Source: Malacoraja senta
Lineage: Eukaryota
Reading direction: 5' to 3'
Length of the DNA: 64,000 nucleotides
NCBI GenBank assembly: GCA_038087875.1
Contig: CM075991.1
Span: 9,302,001-9,366,000 of the forward strand
Positions 39,060 through 50,432 of the stretch are shown piece after piece (the first letter of the stretch is position 1; each line of letters starts with the position of its first letter). The translations under genes and the position numbers were made by a program. The notes below the pieces were generated by a model, which did not search any database, was not told the DNA's origin, and worked only from the letters and a program-made list of their open reading frames with translations.

Positions 39060-39113
39060 GGGGTGGGAGATTGCAACCTTCACGTGGTCCGCCCTGTTTC
39101 GACGAATGCAATC
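39060..39113 (+). ncRNA. Minimal HDV-like (CPEB3-type) self-cleaving ribozyme motif, best-preserved copy
   Basis: P1 GGGGUGG/CCGCCCU with G1-U wobble, P2 GAUUGCA/UGCAAUC, P3 ACC/GGU, L3 UUCACGU, P4 reduced to U-UUCG-A, J4/2 CGAA carrying the putative catalytic C. Confidence 0.8.
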
Positions 39114-39169
39114 AACCTGGCGTGCACAATCAAATAAGATCAAATAGAACAAGTTGTCCTACAACTTTA

Positions 39170-39476
39170 AGGGCCTGTCCCACTGTACGAGGTAATTCAA
39201 GAGTTCTCCCGAGTTTCCCCTGATTCGAACTTGAGGAATTACGGTAATAGCCGTTCGTAGGTACTCGGGGCTCTCGTGGACATTTTTCACAGTGCTGAAA
39301 AAACGTCACGAGTTACCGCGTTTCCTGAGAACCTGCCGTTAGCGTTACGAGCCGCTACGAGACATCCACGAGCTCCGACGTAGCCGCTACATACATTCTA
39401 CGTACTTACCACGAGTTTGATTTTTGTTTAAACTCGGGAGAGCTCTTGAATTACCTCGTACAGTGGGACAGGCCCT
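39170..39476. mobile_element. PIF/Harbinger MITE inserted in ribozyme-SINE copy 4
   Basis: TIR AGGGCCTGTCCCACTGTACGAGGTAATTCAAGAG. Exact TTA TSD, confirmed by the empty site acaacTTTAggctg in copies 1-3. Confidence 0.93.
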
Positions 39477-39834
39477 TTAGGCTGTGCACGCCATACGCAA
39501 GAAGAGAAGAAGATATAGATGATGATGTAGAGAGATAAAGAACAATGAATGAAAGATATGAAAAAAGTTACGATGATAAAGGAAACAGGCCATTGTTAGC
39601 TGTTTAGTTTAGATTAGTTTATTATTGTCACATACACAGTACGGTGAAAAGTTTTTTTGCATGCTGTCCAGTCAAAGAAAAGATTATGCATGGTTACAAT
39701 CAAGCCGTCCACAGTGTTCAGATAAAAGATAAAGCCTGACCTGCTGTGTATTCTCAGAATTTCCTCTTATTATTGTCAATTTTTGCTCTGACATCATTGA
39801 TACTTTGTGCTGTATCTTCGATCTGTGAAGCTAT

Positions 39835-40337
39835 AGGGCCTGTCCCACTTGGGCGACCTAATCCGGCGAGTTTGTCTTCGATTCATACTCGCAGCATGAT
39901 CGACACAAGGTCGTAGGAGGTCTTCGTAACTCTCCTTCATGCTCGAGAGTGGTCTCCGTGTACTCGAGGCCTCAGCTAGGTCGCCACGTTTTTTTCAATA
40001 TGTTAAAAAATGCACACGAGTAAAAAAAGGTCACCATGGAAAAAAATCTATACTTTTTTTACTCATAGGTTTAGTCGTAGTAGGTCGTAGTAGGTCGGCA
40101 TGCAAGTCGTAGCTAGTCGAAGGTAGTCCTAGATAGTCTTCACCATCATCGAAGGGAGGTCGATGGGAGATCGAAGGAGGTCGTCTTCACTCTCCACTAT
40201 TCGATGTCCAATTTTCCCGAAGTTAGTCGTAGCTAGTCGAAGCTGGTCTTCAACATAGTCGAAGGATGTCTTCAACATGTCATTTTTTCAAACTCTTCTA
40301 AACTCGCCAATTAGGTTGCCCAAGTGGGACAGCCCCT
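39835..40337. mobile_element. PIF/Harbinger MITE
   Basis: TIR AGGGCCTGTCCCACTTGGGCGACCTAAT / ATTAGGTTGCCCAAGTGGGACAGCCCCT; 3-bp TSD TAT/TAT; gtcgtag-type internal repeats. Confidence 0.85.
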
Positions 40338-40589
40338 TATTTTTCATTATGTCGAATAGTATTCCATCTTTAACCACATGAACACACCTTGTTGTGTACA
40401 CATATCAAAGCACCCAAAATAGATATCATCCATACATTCTGATTGATGAAATTTCATTTAACTATTATTTTCCAGGAATTTTTTTCCTTCATAAATTGAA
40501 GTATTATTGTAGTCCAATGATCAATTCGTCTTCCCATCCATTGTCAATTGCTGAGAAGATAAAATGGCACGATGTGGGCCTCAATGGAT

Positions 40590-41115
40590 TAGTTTATTGT
40601 CACGTGTACCGAGGTACAATGGAAAGCATTTTGTTGCGTGCTAACCAGTCAGCGGAAAGATAATATATGATCACAATCGATATGTCCACAGTCTACAGAT
40701 ATAGGATAAAGGGAATAACATTTAGTGCAAGAGAATGTCTGGTAAAGTCTCAGTAAAGATAATTTGAGGGTCTTCAATGAGGTAGATAGTAGCTCAGGGC
40801 TGCTCTCCAGTTGTTGGTAGGATGGTTCGGTTGCCTGATAACAGCTGGGAAGAAAGTGTCCCTGAATCTGGAGGTGTGCGTTTTCAAATTTCTGTTCCTC
40901 TTGCCTGATGGGAGAAGGGAGAAGAGGGAGTGACCGGGGAGAGAGTGGTCCTCGAATATCCTGGTAGCCTTGCCCAGGCTGCGTAAAGTGTAGATGGAGT
41001 CGATGAAAGGGAGGTTGGTTTGCGTGATGGTCTGGGCAGTCAGCGTCCGGAATTCTCTGCAATTTCCTGCGGATTTGGAAGGAGCTGTTCCCAAACCATG
41101 CTGTGATACATCCCA
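40590..41115 (-). mobile_element. Rex1/Babar LINE 3' fragment
   Basis: CITAWFG and HSLFSLLPSGKR...TSRFRDTFFPAVIR motifs. Related pieces at ~3180-3760, 14240-15120, 26160-26700, 47020-47330 and 54200-54840. Confidence 0.82.
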
Positions 41116-41129
41116 ATAGGTCCAGGAAA

Positions 41130-41451
41130 TAGAAGTCCAGGACAAGGGGTCACAGCTTAAGGATAAGGGGGAAATCCTTTAAGACCGAGATGAGAAAAAA
41201 CTTTTTCACACAGAGAGTGGTGAATCTCTGGAACTCTCTGCCACAGAGGGTAGTTGAGGCCAGTTCATTAGCTATATTTAAGAGGGAGTTAGATGTGGCC
41301 CTTGTGGCTAAAGGTATCAGGGGGTATGGAGAGAAGGCAGGTACGGGATACTGAGTTGGATGATCAGCCATGATCATATTGAATGGCGGTGCAGGCTCGA
41401 AGGGCCGAATGGCCTACTCCTGCACCTATTTTCTATGTATCTATGTATCTA
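41130..41451 (+). mobile_element. CR1 LINE 3' fragment
   Basis: Near-identical (inverted) to the copy at 10445-10843. Confidence 0.9.
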
Positions 41452-42184
41452 ATATAATGCTTTCTACGGCGTATCTGTCGAAGATGCGTTAATAGATCCG
41501 TTAATCACTGAATGGTGTCAGGGGTTATGGGGAGAAGGCAGGAGAATGGGGTTAGGAGGGAATGATACATCAGACATGATTGAATGGCAGACGATGGGCC
41601 GAATGGCCTAATACTATTCCTACCACTAATGAACATGAATTTAAGAATGGATCTTGCTATGTACACTTTGCTGGGAGTAATAAACACTCACTCTTCCTCC
41701 AGCCAAAGAACAGGGTCAGATGGTGAAGCATGCCTTTCATTCCAGACTGGGATGGGAGATGAGTGTACGAAGGAAGGGGGAAGGGGAGGGGTGACTGGGG
41801 AAGAGTGGAGGTGGTTGGAGAAATTGGTGCTCACTTGGATGGGGAAGGGGCATTACATAGGTTTAAGGTGAAGGGGAAAAAGATTTAATGGGAATCTGAG
41901 GACACCTTTTCCACACAAAGAGTGATGGGTGTATGGAACAAGCTGCCAGAGGAGGTGGTTGAACCAGGGACTATCCCAACATTTAAGAAAAAGTTAGACA
42001 GGTACATGGAAAGGACAGGTTTGGACCAAATGCGGACAGGTAGGACTAGTGTTGCTGGGACATGTTGGCCGGTGTTGGGCCGAAGGCCTGTTTCCACACT
42101 GTGTCACTCTATGACTCGCCTTAAACATGGAAAAATCAATGTTCATACGTAATGTGCAGGGAAGAAACTGCAGGTGCTCGTTTA

Positions 42185-42440
42185 TCCTACGACCACCCCG
42201 GGCCGCGGTGTTTGAGCCGTGGGACTGATTTAACATCACCCGGGGGTATCGCCTCAGCGCAGAGGGAGAAGAGGAGGGAAGAGACTGCAGACCGAAGACT
42301 TTTGCCTCCATCACAGTGAGGAGATGCTGGGTGCACTCACTGTGGTGGATGTTAATATGTGTTTATTGTTGTTTTTACTGTATTATATGTATGACTGCTG
42401 CAATTTCGTCCAGACTTCGGTCTGAACGACAATAAAGGCA

Positions 42441-42487
<47 letters not shown>
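42185..42487 (+). mobile_element. Unclassified short retroposon with Rex1-like tail and (TCTA)n end
   Basis: Splits a PLE remnant; stem-loop ttcgtccagac-ttcg-gtctgaacga, AATAAA, (TCTA)n; related sequence at ~60400-60668. Confidence 0.55.
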
Positions 42488-43313
42488 ACTGAAGATGGAC
42501 ACAAGAAGCTGGAGTAACTCAGCGGGGCGGGCAGCATCTCTGGAGAAAATAGGTGTAGAAAGCGGTGGATTGATGGTCGGTAATCTGGGTTGGCTCCGAC
42601 CTGGGAGGTCTGTAGCCAGAGTCGGAAACCGCTTGTCGCACTCGTTAGCACCTACTCCACAGACAACAATACACCGTTGTGGGCTCCACCGTTCCTTGAT
42701 CATCGTCGCTGGCTTTGATTTGTCCTTTTGCATTACTTTTCACTCATTTGTTTCTTTGTACCTTTTCCATATCTTTCGTTTCCCCTCCCTGACTCTCAGT
42801 CTGAAGAAGGGTCTCAGCCCGGTACCTCATCCCATCCTTTTCTCCAGAGATGCTGCCCGAATCCACCGAGTTACTCCAGCCTTTCAAGTCTATCTTCAAT
42901 GCTGATACGGTTGCGTTGTAAGCTGGCACTTGACTCACCACTCGTTCAGATTTTTAAAAGCAGCAAAGACAGATGGAGGAGAGCAGCCTTGCCAGACCAT
43001 TACACTCCCGTCAATGCTCTTCATCAGCCACATAACTTGTTAATCAGTAAATAAAATGCATGTTGGAGCCCAGCCATCAGTGTTGAGAGCATTCCTGAGA
43101 GGGAAAGCCAATCGTGCTTGCTGCTGTTGTTCTTCTCAGAAGCGACCACCGGGATTCAGCCCCAATAGACTAAATCTGACTCCCAGCTAGGTTTCACCAC
43201 TCAGTTTAGTTTAGTTTAGCGTAGAGACACAGCGCGGAAACAGACCCTTCGGCCCCACCGAGTCCGCACCAACCAGCGATCCCCGTGCCCTAACACTATC
43301 CCACACACGCTCG

Positions 43314-43347
43314 AGTCTGAAGAAGGGTCTCGACCCGAAACGTCACC
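43314..43347 (+). ncRNA. Minimal hammerhead-ribozyme motif of a PLE pLTR (representative of ~30 copies)
   Basis: AGT-CTGAAGA-A-GGGT CTCG ACCC-GAAA-CGTC-AC: CUGANGA and GAAA cores, 4-bp stem II, GUC triplet, palindromic ACGT stem III. Confidence 0.65.
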
Positions 43348-44008
43348 CACTCCTTCTATCCAGAGACGCTGCCTGTCCCGCGATGAAACTGCGATGTCAG
43401 GCTGAGATGCAACCTGCCAGAAAACCTTCTGCAGCGCATCTGCTGAAGTTCAAGAGAATTCTCGTGGTCATGCCGGATCTTCTCAGACACCTAAACAAAA
43501 ATAAAGATGACGCATCTTGTTGATCACCACATCAGTGTGAAGGGACCAACTTATGTTGCTGGCAGTATGGGTGCCTAGGAGCTTAAAGCTCTTGCCCATC
43601 ACCACAAGGTTCTGTTCCTTTCTCTTTTGCACTTCATTGCATTCATATTTACGTATAAACATACATACATGCTATACATGAATACAATCATACCAGTCAT
43701 CATATGTTTGAATGGTGTGATTGTACTCATGTACGGGATAATTTGCCTGGGTATCGTGCAAAACAACATATTTCACTATATCTCAGTCCATCGAACCATA
43801 TTAATAAACCAAATAGCTCCAAACCAATATTCCTAATTTTGATAGCAGAGGTTGGCTGGAGCCTGGATAGAGTGGATGTTTCATCCTCCCCACGTCCACA
43901 TGGGAGTGTCTAGGATATACCTTTAGAAAGAAGATGAGGAGGAATTTCAGTCGGAGGGTGGTGCATCTGTGGAATTCACTGCGGAGGCCAAGTTATTAGG
44001 TATTTTTA

Positions 44009-44252
44009 AGTCAAGTCAAGTCACATTTATTTATATAGCACATTTAAAAAACAACTCTCGTTGGCCAAAGTGCTTTACATTTGTTATAAGAATAGTATAA
44101 ACAAACAAACTACATACATATATACATGTAGCCCTCGCTCAGAGGACGTCAAGAAAGGCTTGGGAGTATAGATAAGTTTTTAGTCTTGACTTAAAGGAGT
44201 CGATGGAGGGGGCAGTTCTGATGGGAAGGGGGATGCTGTTCCACAGTCTAGG
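44009..44252 (-). mobile_element. L2-clade LINE 3' fragment
   Basis: Minus strand ...LWNSIP...SFKSRLKTYLYSQAF, tail tgtaaagcactttg..tgctatataaataaa(tgact)n. Confidence 0.75.
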
Positions 44253-46024
44253 ACTGTGCGAAGTTTAAGGCACAGACTGACAGATTCTTAATTAGTACAG
44301 GTGATAGGAGTTATGGGGAGAAGGCAGGAGAATGGGGGTTGAGAGGGAAAGATAGATCAGCCATGATTGAATGATGGAGTAGACTTGATGGGCCGAATGG
44401 CTAAATTCTGCTACTAGAGCTTTTGGAACTGAGTTGAGATTCTTGCTACTTTCAAAAACAAATTGATAATGTCCTTGTAGTAAAGGAAAATATTATGCAT
44501 TTGGTCATTAAATATGGCGAAATAATTTATATCTTTTGAGAACAAGATCGTGCCAGTACGCGAGAGTTCGAAGAGTTGAGAGTTGATTGGATTGTGACAT
44601 TAAACGCCAGCAGCACTCGAGAGGATTAATGCATGATGTTCTCTCCCATGAAAGTGGGACACATCGTAAGAACACAGAAGATAGAAGCAAAATTTTGGAG
44701 TAACACAGCGGGGCAGGCGGCATCTCTGGAGGTAAAGAATGTGCGAAGTTTCGGGTCGAGGCCCTTCTTCAGAATCAGGGCAACTGTGCAGGACAGAGAT
44801 GAGATGAAACATCTTCATCCAGACACAGTGAATTTTTAGGATTCACTACCTGAGTGGATTCAAGATCAGCAGATTATTGGAGATAAGGGGGCTCAAGCGA
44901 TTAGGGATCAATGCAGGAAGGAGTGCAGAGATTAAAGATTAGACAGGATCTTATTGAATAGCAGTTTAGGTCCAAGAGGTGAATGGCTTTTTCCTTCTAT
45001 TTCCTATCAAAGTATCTTTCGCACTACCATTGTTAGAGATCCTTGGTAAAATGGCAGCAGGGATGGCTACAATAATATAAATAGCTGCTCCTTAAACTGA
45101 ATCTAGTATCCATTGGCTGTCTTTGACAATGTTGCATCCAGGCAAAAAAAGAAGCTTCTTCTGCGAATTATTCCCAGTCGGATTTTCCCATCGGCCATTG
45201 TCGATTGGTGAACCGTTGGCGGAGTAGACTAAAGATTCACACAAAAAGCTGGAGTAACTCAGTGGGTCAGGCAGCATCGCTGGAGAGAAGGAATAGGTGA
45301 TGTTTCAGGTCGAGTTCCTTCGGGTCGAGACCCTTCTTCAGGCTGAAGGAGGGTCTCGACCCACAACGTCACCCATTCCTTCGCTCCAGAGATGCTGCCT
45401 GACCAGCTGAGTTACTCCAGCTTTTTGTGTCAATCTTCGGTTTAAACCAGCATCTACAGTTCCTTCCTACACATTTCGGCGGCGTAGATTAGATGGACCG
45501 AATGGCCTAATTCCGTTCCTGTGATTAATGAACATGAAACCATTTGGTTTGTTTTTCCAGCTGGAAAACCAGGGTTCATCGACTATTCCCACAGTACGGT
45601 TGTGTCTGTGGGAAGGTTCAACAATGCCACCTGATTGTACATCATGAGACCTGAGCCACACACACACACGGGTGTATTAATGACACGGAGGTGAAGTAAA
45701 TGATCGGCGATCGTGGTAATAAAAATCACATGCCTTAGCAAAGATTCTCATGGGTTTTTGAATTATGAGCCTGGACGTTATGGAGAATCAATACGCTTTA
45801 TTCATTTGCAGCCTTGAAATAAATAAAAAGGAATGCAGAAACTGCACAAATTTCTGGCATGTTGGCGTGACTCCAAGCTTGTGGAAAGAAGGAGGGACAT
45901 TTGGATAATTCTGTGCTCATTTGGAACATAGATTCATAAGTGATAGGAGCAGAATTAGGCCATTCGGCCCATCAAGTCTACTCCGCCATCCAATCATGGC
46001 TGATCTATCTCTCCCTCCTAACCC

Positions 46025-46386
46025 AATAATAATAATAATAATGGATGGGATTTATATAGCGCCTTTCTAATACTCAAGGCGCTTTACATCGCATTATTCA
46101 TTCACTCCTCAGTCACACTCGGTGGTGGTGAGCTACTTCTGTAGCCACAGCTGCCCTGGGGCAGACTGACGGAAGCGTGGCTGCTAATCTGCGCCTACGG
46201 CCCCTCAGACCACCACCAATCACTCACACACATTCACACACATTCACACACATTCACACGCAGGCAAAGGTGGGTGAAGTGTCTTGCCCAAGGACACAAC
46301 GACAGTATGCACTCCAAGCGGGATTCGAACCGGCTACCTTCCGGTTGCCAGCCGAACACTTAGCCCATTGCGCCATCTGTCGTCCC
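46025..46386 (-). mobile_element. tRNA-derived CORE-type SINE with L2-like tail (resembles teleost AFC-type SINEs)
   Basis: Minus strand: A box TGGCGCAATGG, B box GGTTCGAATCC, CORE-like GTGTCCTTGGGCAAGACACTTCACCC, tail GTAAAGCGCCTTGAG..AAAGGCGCTATATAAA, (TTA)n end; splits a CR1 3' tail. Confidence 0.8.
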
Positions 46387-48349
46387 AATAGTCCTGCCTT
46401 CTCCCCATAACCCCTGGCACCCGTACTAATCAAGCATCTATCTATCTCTGCCTTTAAAATATCCATTGACGGCCTCCACATCCTTCTGTGGCAATGAATT
46501 CCACAGATTCACCGCCGCCTGACTAAATAGATTCCTCCTCATCTCCTTCCCAGAGGAACGTCCTTTAAATTCTGAGGCTATAACCTCTGGTCCTAGACTC
46601 TCACACCAGTGGAAACATCCTCTCCACATCCACTCCATCCAGGCCTTGGGTGACGTTTCCGGTCTCAATCTTTCTTCATGGCATCAACAGAATAATATAG
46701 AACTAGTGTATGGGTGATTAATGGTTGGCGTGGACTCGGTGGGCCGAAGAGCCTGTTTCCATGCTGTATCCTTAGCTCCCCCTTTCCTTTTCTCCAGAGG
46801 TTTTCTCAAGACTCGGAAGAAGGGTCTCGACCCAAAACGTCACCCATTCCTTCTCTCCAGAGATGCTGCCTGACCTGCTGAGTGACTCCAGCATTTTGTA
46901 TCTATCTTCGGTGTAAACCAGCATCTGCAGTTCCTTCCAGCACATCATGGATGGGTTTTTTCAGGAGAGTGTCACAGTACTTACCTGCCAAGTAGAAGTC
47001 CTTGATTAATACCTCATCTGAAAGTTGTGAATGTAGCCCAGTCCACCAGACAGACCAGACTCCCCACTACTGCCTGCATCGACACTTCGCCTTGCCTCGG
47101 CAAACAGCCAACATAAACAAGGACCTTTCCCATCCCAGTTAAACCTTCTCCCCACTCCTGTCAGGCAGAAAATACAGAAGCTTGAAACCACATCCCACCA
47201 CTCTGGAACTCTGGAACAGCTTCTTCCCACTAAAATCAGGCTTCTGAACAGTCCATCCATAAGCTGGAGAACTGTCCGATTCACCTCTATCTCACTGCAG
47301 ACATTGGACTTTATCTCTGGAACTGAAGTGCAACAATTCCTTAAGAATAAGAATAAGCAGATGCTGGAAAAATCGAAGGTAGACAAAAATGCTGGAGAAA
47401 CTCAGCGGGTGAGGCAGCATCTATGGAGCGAAGGAATAGGTGACGTTTCGGGTCGAGACCCTTCAACAATTCTTTAGTCAGAGGGTGGTGAATTTGTGGA
47501 ATTCTTTGCCACAGAAGACTGTGGAGGCCAAGTCAGTGGATATTTCTTAAGGTAGAGATAGATAGATTATTGATTAGTACCGGTGTCAGAGTTTATGGGG
47601 AGAAGGCACCAGAAAGGAGGGAGAGATAGATCAGCCATGATTGAATGGCAGAGTAGACTTGATGGGCCGAATGGCCTCATTCCACTTCTGACAATGCAGA
47701 GAACTGTACACTGCAATCTGTATCTTTTCCTATACTCTACCCATTGAGCTTGATTGTAGTTGTGTGTGGTGTTATCAAGCTTGATTGCTCCACTTGCAAC
47801 ACAAAGCTCTGCACGGTACCAATAACAACCCTAATCCTAAACCTAAAAGACATTTGCACTGACATTGAAGCAGTCACACGGCACTCCACTGGGGGAATCA
47901 ACCCACTGTATATGCTGGACGGGTTAACGACATGGGATTTGAGCACGCAGCACTCTGAAGGCACCAGCAGCCGAGCCACCGCCAACACTTTCAAAGGCTC
48001 GACAAAGAAAGGAGAGGTGGAACTAAAAAGACCGGTCGATGCTGTCTGCAATCAATCAGTGCCGCTGCCGCTGCCTGGAAGAAATATGACTGCGACCATT
48101 TCCAGAAAGAAAGAACTGGGAAATTCTTTGTCAAAGGCAATCATACAAACCCCTGAACCAGTAGAAATTTCTTCCTGACTCAGGAGTTTACCACGTTCCT
48201 TCCTCAATCACTGTCAGTCAATGTAAATATCGCTTGGGCAGCTTACAGCCCAGTGGTATGAATATTGATTTCTCTCACTTCAGGTAGCCCCAGCATTCCC
48301 TCTCTCTCTATTCCTCCACCACCCAAGTCTCGTTTTCACCCAACAAACA

Positions 48350-49656
48350 GCTCAGCACTTCAACTCCCCCTCCCATTCCGTATCCGACCTCTCTGTCCCG
48401 GGCCTCCTCCATGGCCAGAGTGAGCAACCACCGGAAATTGGAGGAACAGCACCTCATATTCCGCTTGGGCAGTCTGCACCCTGGTGGTATAAACATTGAA
48501 TTCTCCCAATTCAATCACTATCTCCATCGCAGGTGATAGACTCCTTACCGACATCCACTACAAACCTACCGACTCCCATGGCTATCTGGACTACACTTCT
48601 TCCCACCCTGCTTCCTGTAAGGACTCCATCCCCCACTCCCAATTCCTCCGTCTACGCCGCATCTGCTCCCAGGATGAGGGGTTCCACACCAGGGCATCTG
48701 AAATGTCCTCATTCTTCAGGGAACGGGGGTTCCCCTCCTCCACCATAGATGAGGCTCGCGCCAGGGTCTCTGCCATGCCCCGCAACACTGCTCTCTCTCC
48801 CCATCCCCCCACTCACAACAAGGGCAGAGTCCCCCTAGTCCTCACCTTTCACCCCACCAGCCGTCACATACAACAAGTGATCCTCCGTCAGTTTCGCCAC
48901 CTCCAACGTGACCCCACCACTCGCCACATCTTCCCATCTCCCCGCATGTCTGCCTTCCGCAAAGACCGCTCCCTCCGTAACTCCCTTGTCAATTCTTCCC
49001 TTCCCTGCCATACCACCCCCTCCCCTGATACTTTCCCTTGCAACCGCAAGAGATGCAACACTTGTCCCTTCACCTCCCCCCTCTACTCCATTCAAGGACC
49101 CAAGCAGTCGTTCCAGGTGCGACAGAGGTTCACCTGCATCTCCTCCAACCTCATCTATTGCATTCGCTGCTCTAGATGCCAGCTGATCTACATCGGTGAG
49201 ACCAAGCGGAGGCTTGGCGATCGTTTCGCCGAACACCTCCGGTCGGTCCGCAATAACCAACCTGAACTCCCGGTGGCTCAGCACTTCAACTCCCCCTCCC
49301 ATTCCGTATCTGACCTCTCTGTCCTGGGTCTCCTCCATGGCCACAGCGAGCAACACCGTAAATTGGAGGAAATGCACCTCATATTCCGCTTGGGCAGTCT
49401 ACATCCTGGGGGTTTGAACATTGAATTCTCCCAATTCTGCTAGCCCTTGCTGTCCCCTCCCCTTCATCAGCCATCTGGTTGTCTCCTCCCCTCCCCCAGC
49501 CCTCGGGCTCCTCCTCTGCCTTTTTCCTTTTTTCCTTTCTTCTCCCCACCCCCTATCAGTCTGAGGAAGGGTTTCGGCCCGAAACGTTACCTATTTCCTT
49601 CACTCCATAGATGCTGCTGCACCCGCTGAGTTTCTCCAGCCCTTTTGTGTACCTTC
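48350..49656 (+). mobile_element. Penelope-like element (RT C-terminus + GIY-YIG endonuclease + pLTR), partial-tandem 5' end, nested in an older PLE
   Basis: ORF 48496-49443: YKPT...YLDYTSSHP, CNRKRCNTC, LIYCIRCSRCQLIYIGETKR...RFAEH, GLNIE. 48350-48512 duplicates 49276-49437. Flanked by aacagct repeats. Confidence 0.93.
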
Positions 49657-50432
49657 ACCTAACAGCTAACAATGGCCTGTTTCCTTTATCATCATTACTT
49701 TTTTTGCATATCTTTTATTCATTGTTCTTTATCTCCCCACATCGTCGACTGTATCTCTGGTTTCCCTTATCCCGAACCAGTCTGAAGAAGGGTCTCGACC
49801 CGAAACACCCAGAGATGCAGCCTGTCCCGCTGAGTTACTCCAGCCTTTTGTGTCTATCTCTGCCGTTTGGTGCTCCTGCACATCCACCCCAGAGACATGC
49901 CACAAGGAAATACATTCATTCTTATCTTCTGCCGATGGTTTTTTATTTCCCTTTAATTTATCTGTCAGGAACTGGACATTACGGGCCAGGCCAGCGTTTA
50001 TGACGTGGAACAAAGGAACTGCAGATGCCGGGAAGGGTCTCGACCTGAAACGTCGCTTACCCAGGTTCGCCAGAGGTGCTGCCTGACCAGCAGAGTTACC
50101 GTGTGGCCTTTCCAGCATTTAGCACCCTTGAGGAGGTAAGGGGAAGTTGCTTTCTTGAACTGCGGTGTCCTTCAGGTGTTAGACACACAAAAACTGGAGT
50201 AACTCAGCGGGACAGGCAGCATCTCTGGAGAGAGAAGGAATGGGCGACATTTCCCATGGAGAGAAGGAATGGGAAACGTCACCCATTATTCCCTCTCTCC
50301 AGAGATGCTGCCTGTCCCACTGAGTTACTCCAGTTCTTTGCGTCTGTCTTCGGTTTAAACCAGCATCTGCAGTTCCTTCTTACACAGTCCATCAGGTGAC
50401 GGTGTTCCACCAGACGCGTTGGCCAGAGAGTT

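Larger units (their letters stand above)
39060..39510 (+). mobile_element. HDV-like ribozyme-headed short retroposon, copy 4 (interrupted by a Harbinger MITE at 39170-39476)
   Basis: GGGGTGG-GA-GATTGCA-ACC-TTCACGT-GGT-CCGCCCT-GTTTCGA-CGAA-TGCAATC at 39060-39113. 13-bp TSD agatatagatgat at 39047-39059 and 39511-39523. Confidence 0.9.
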
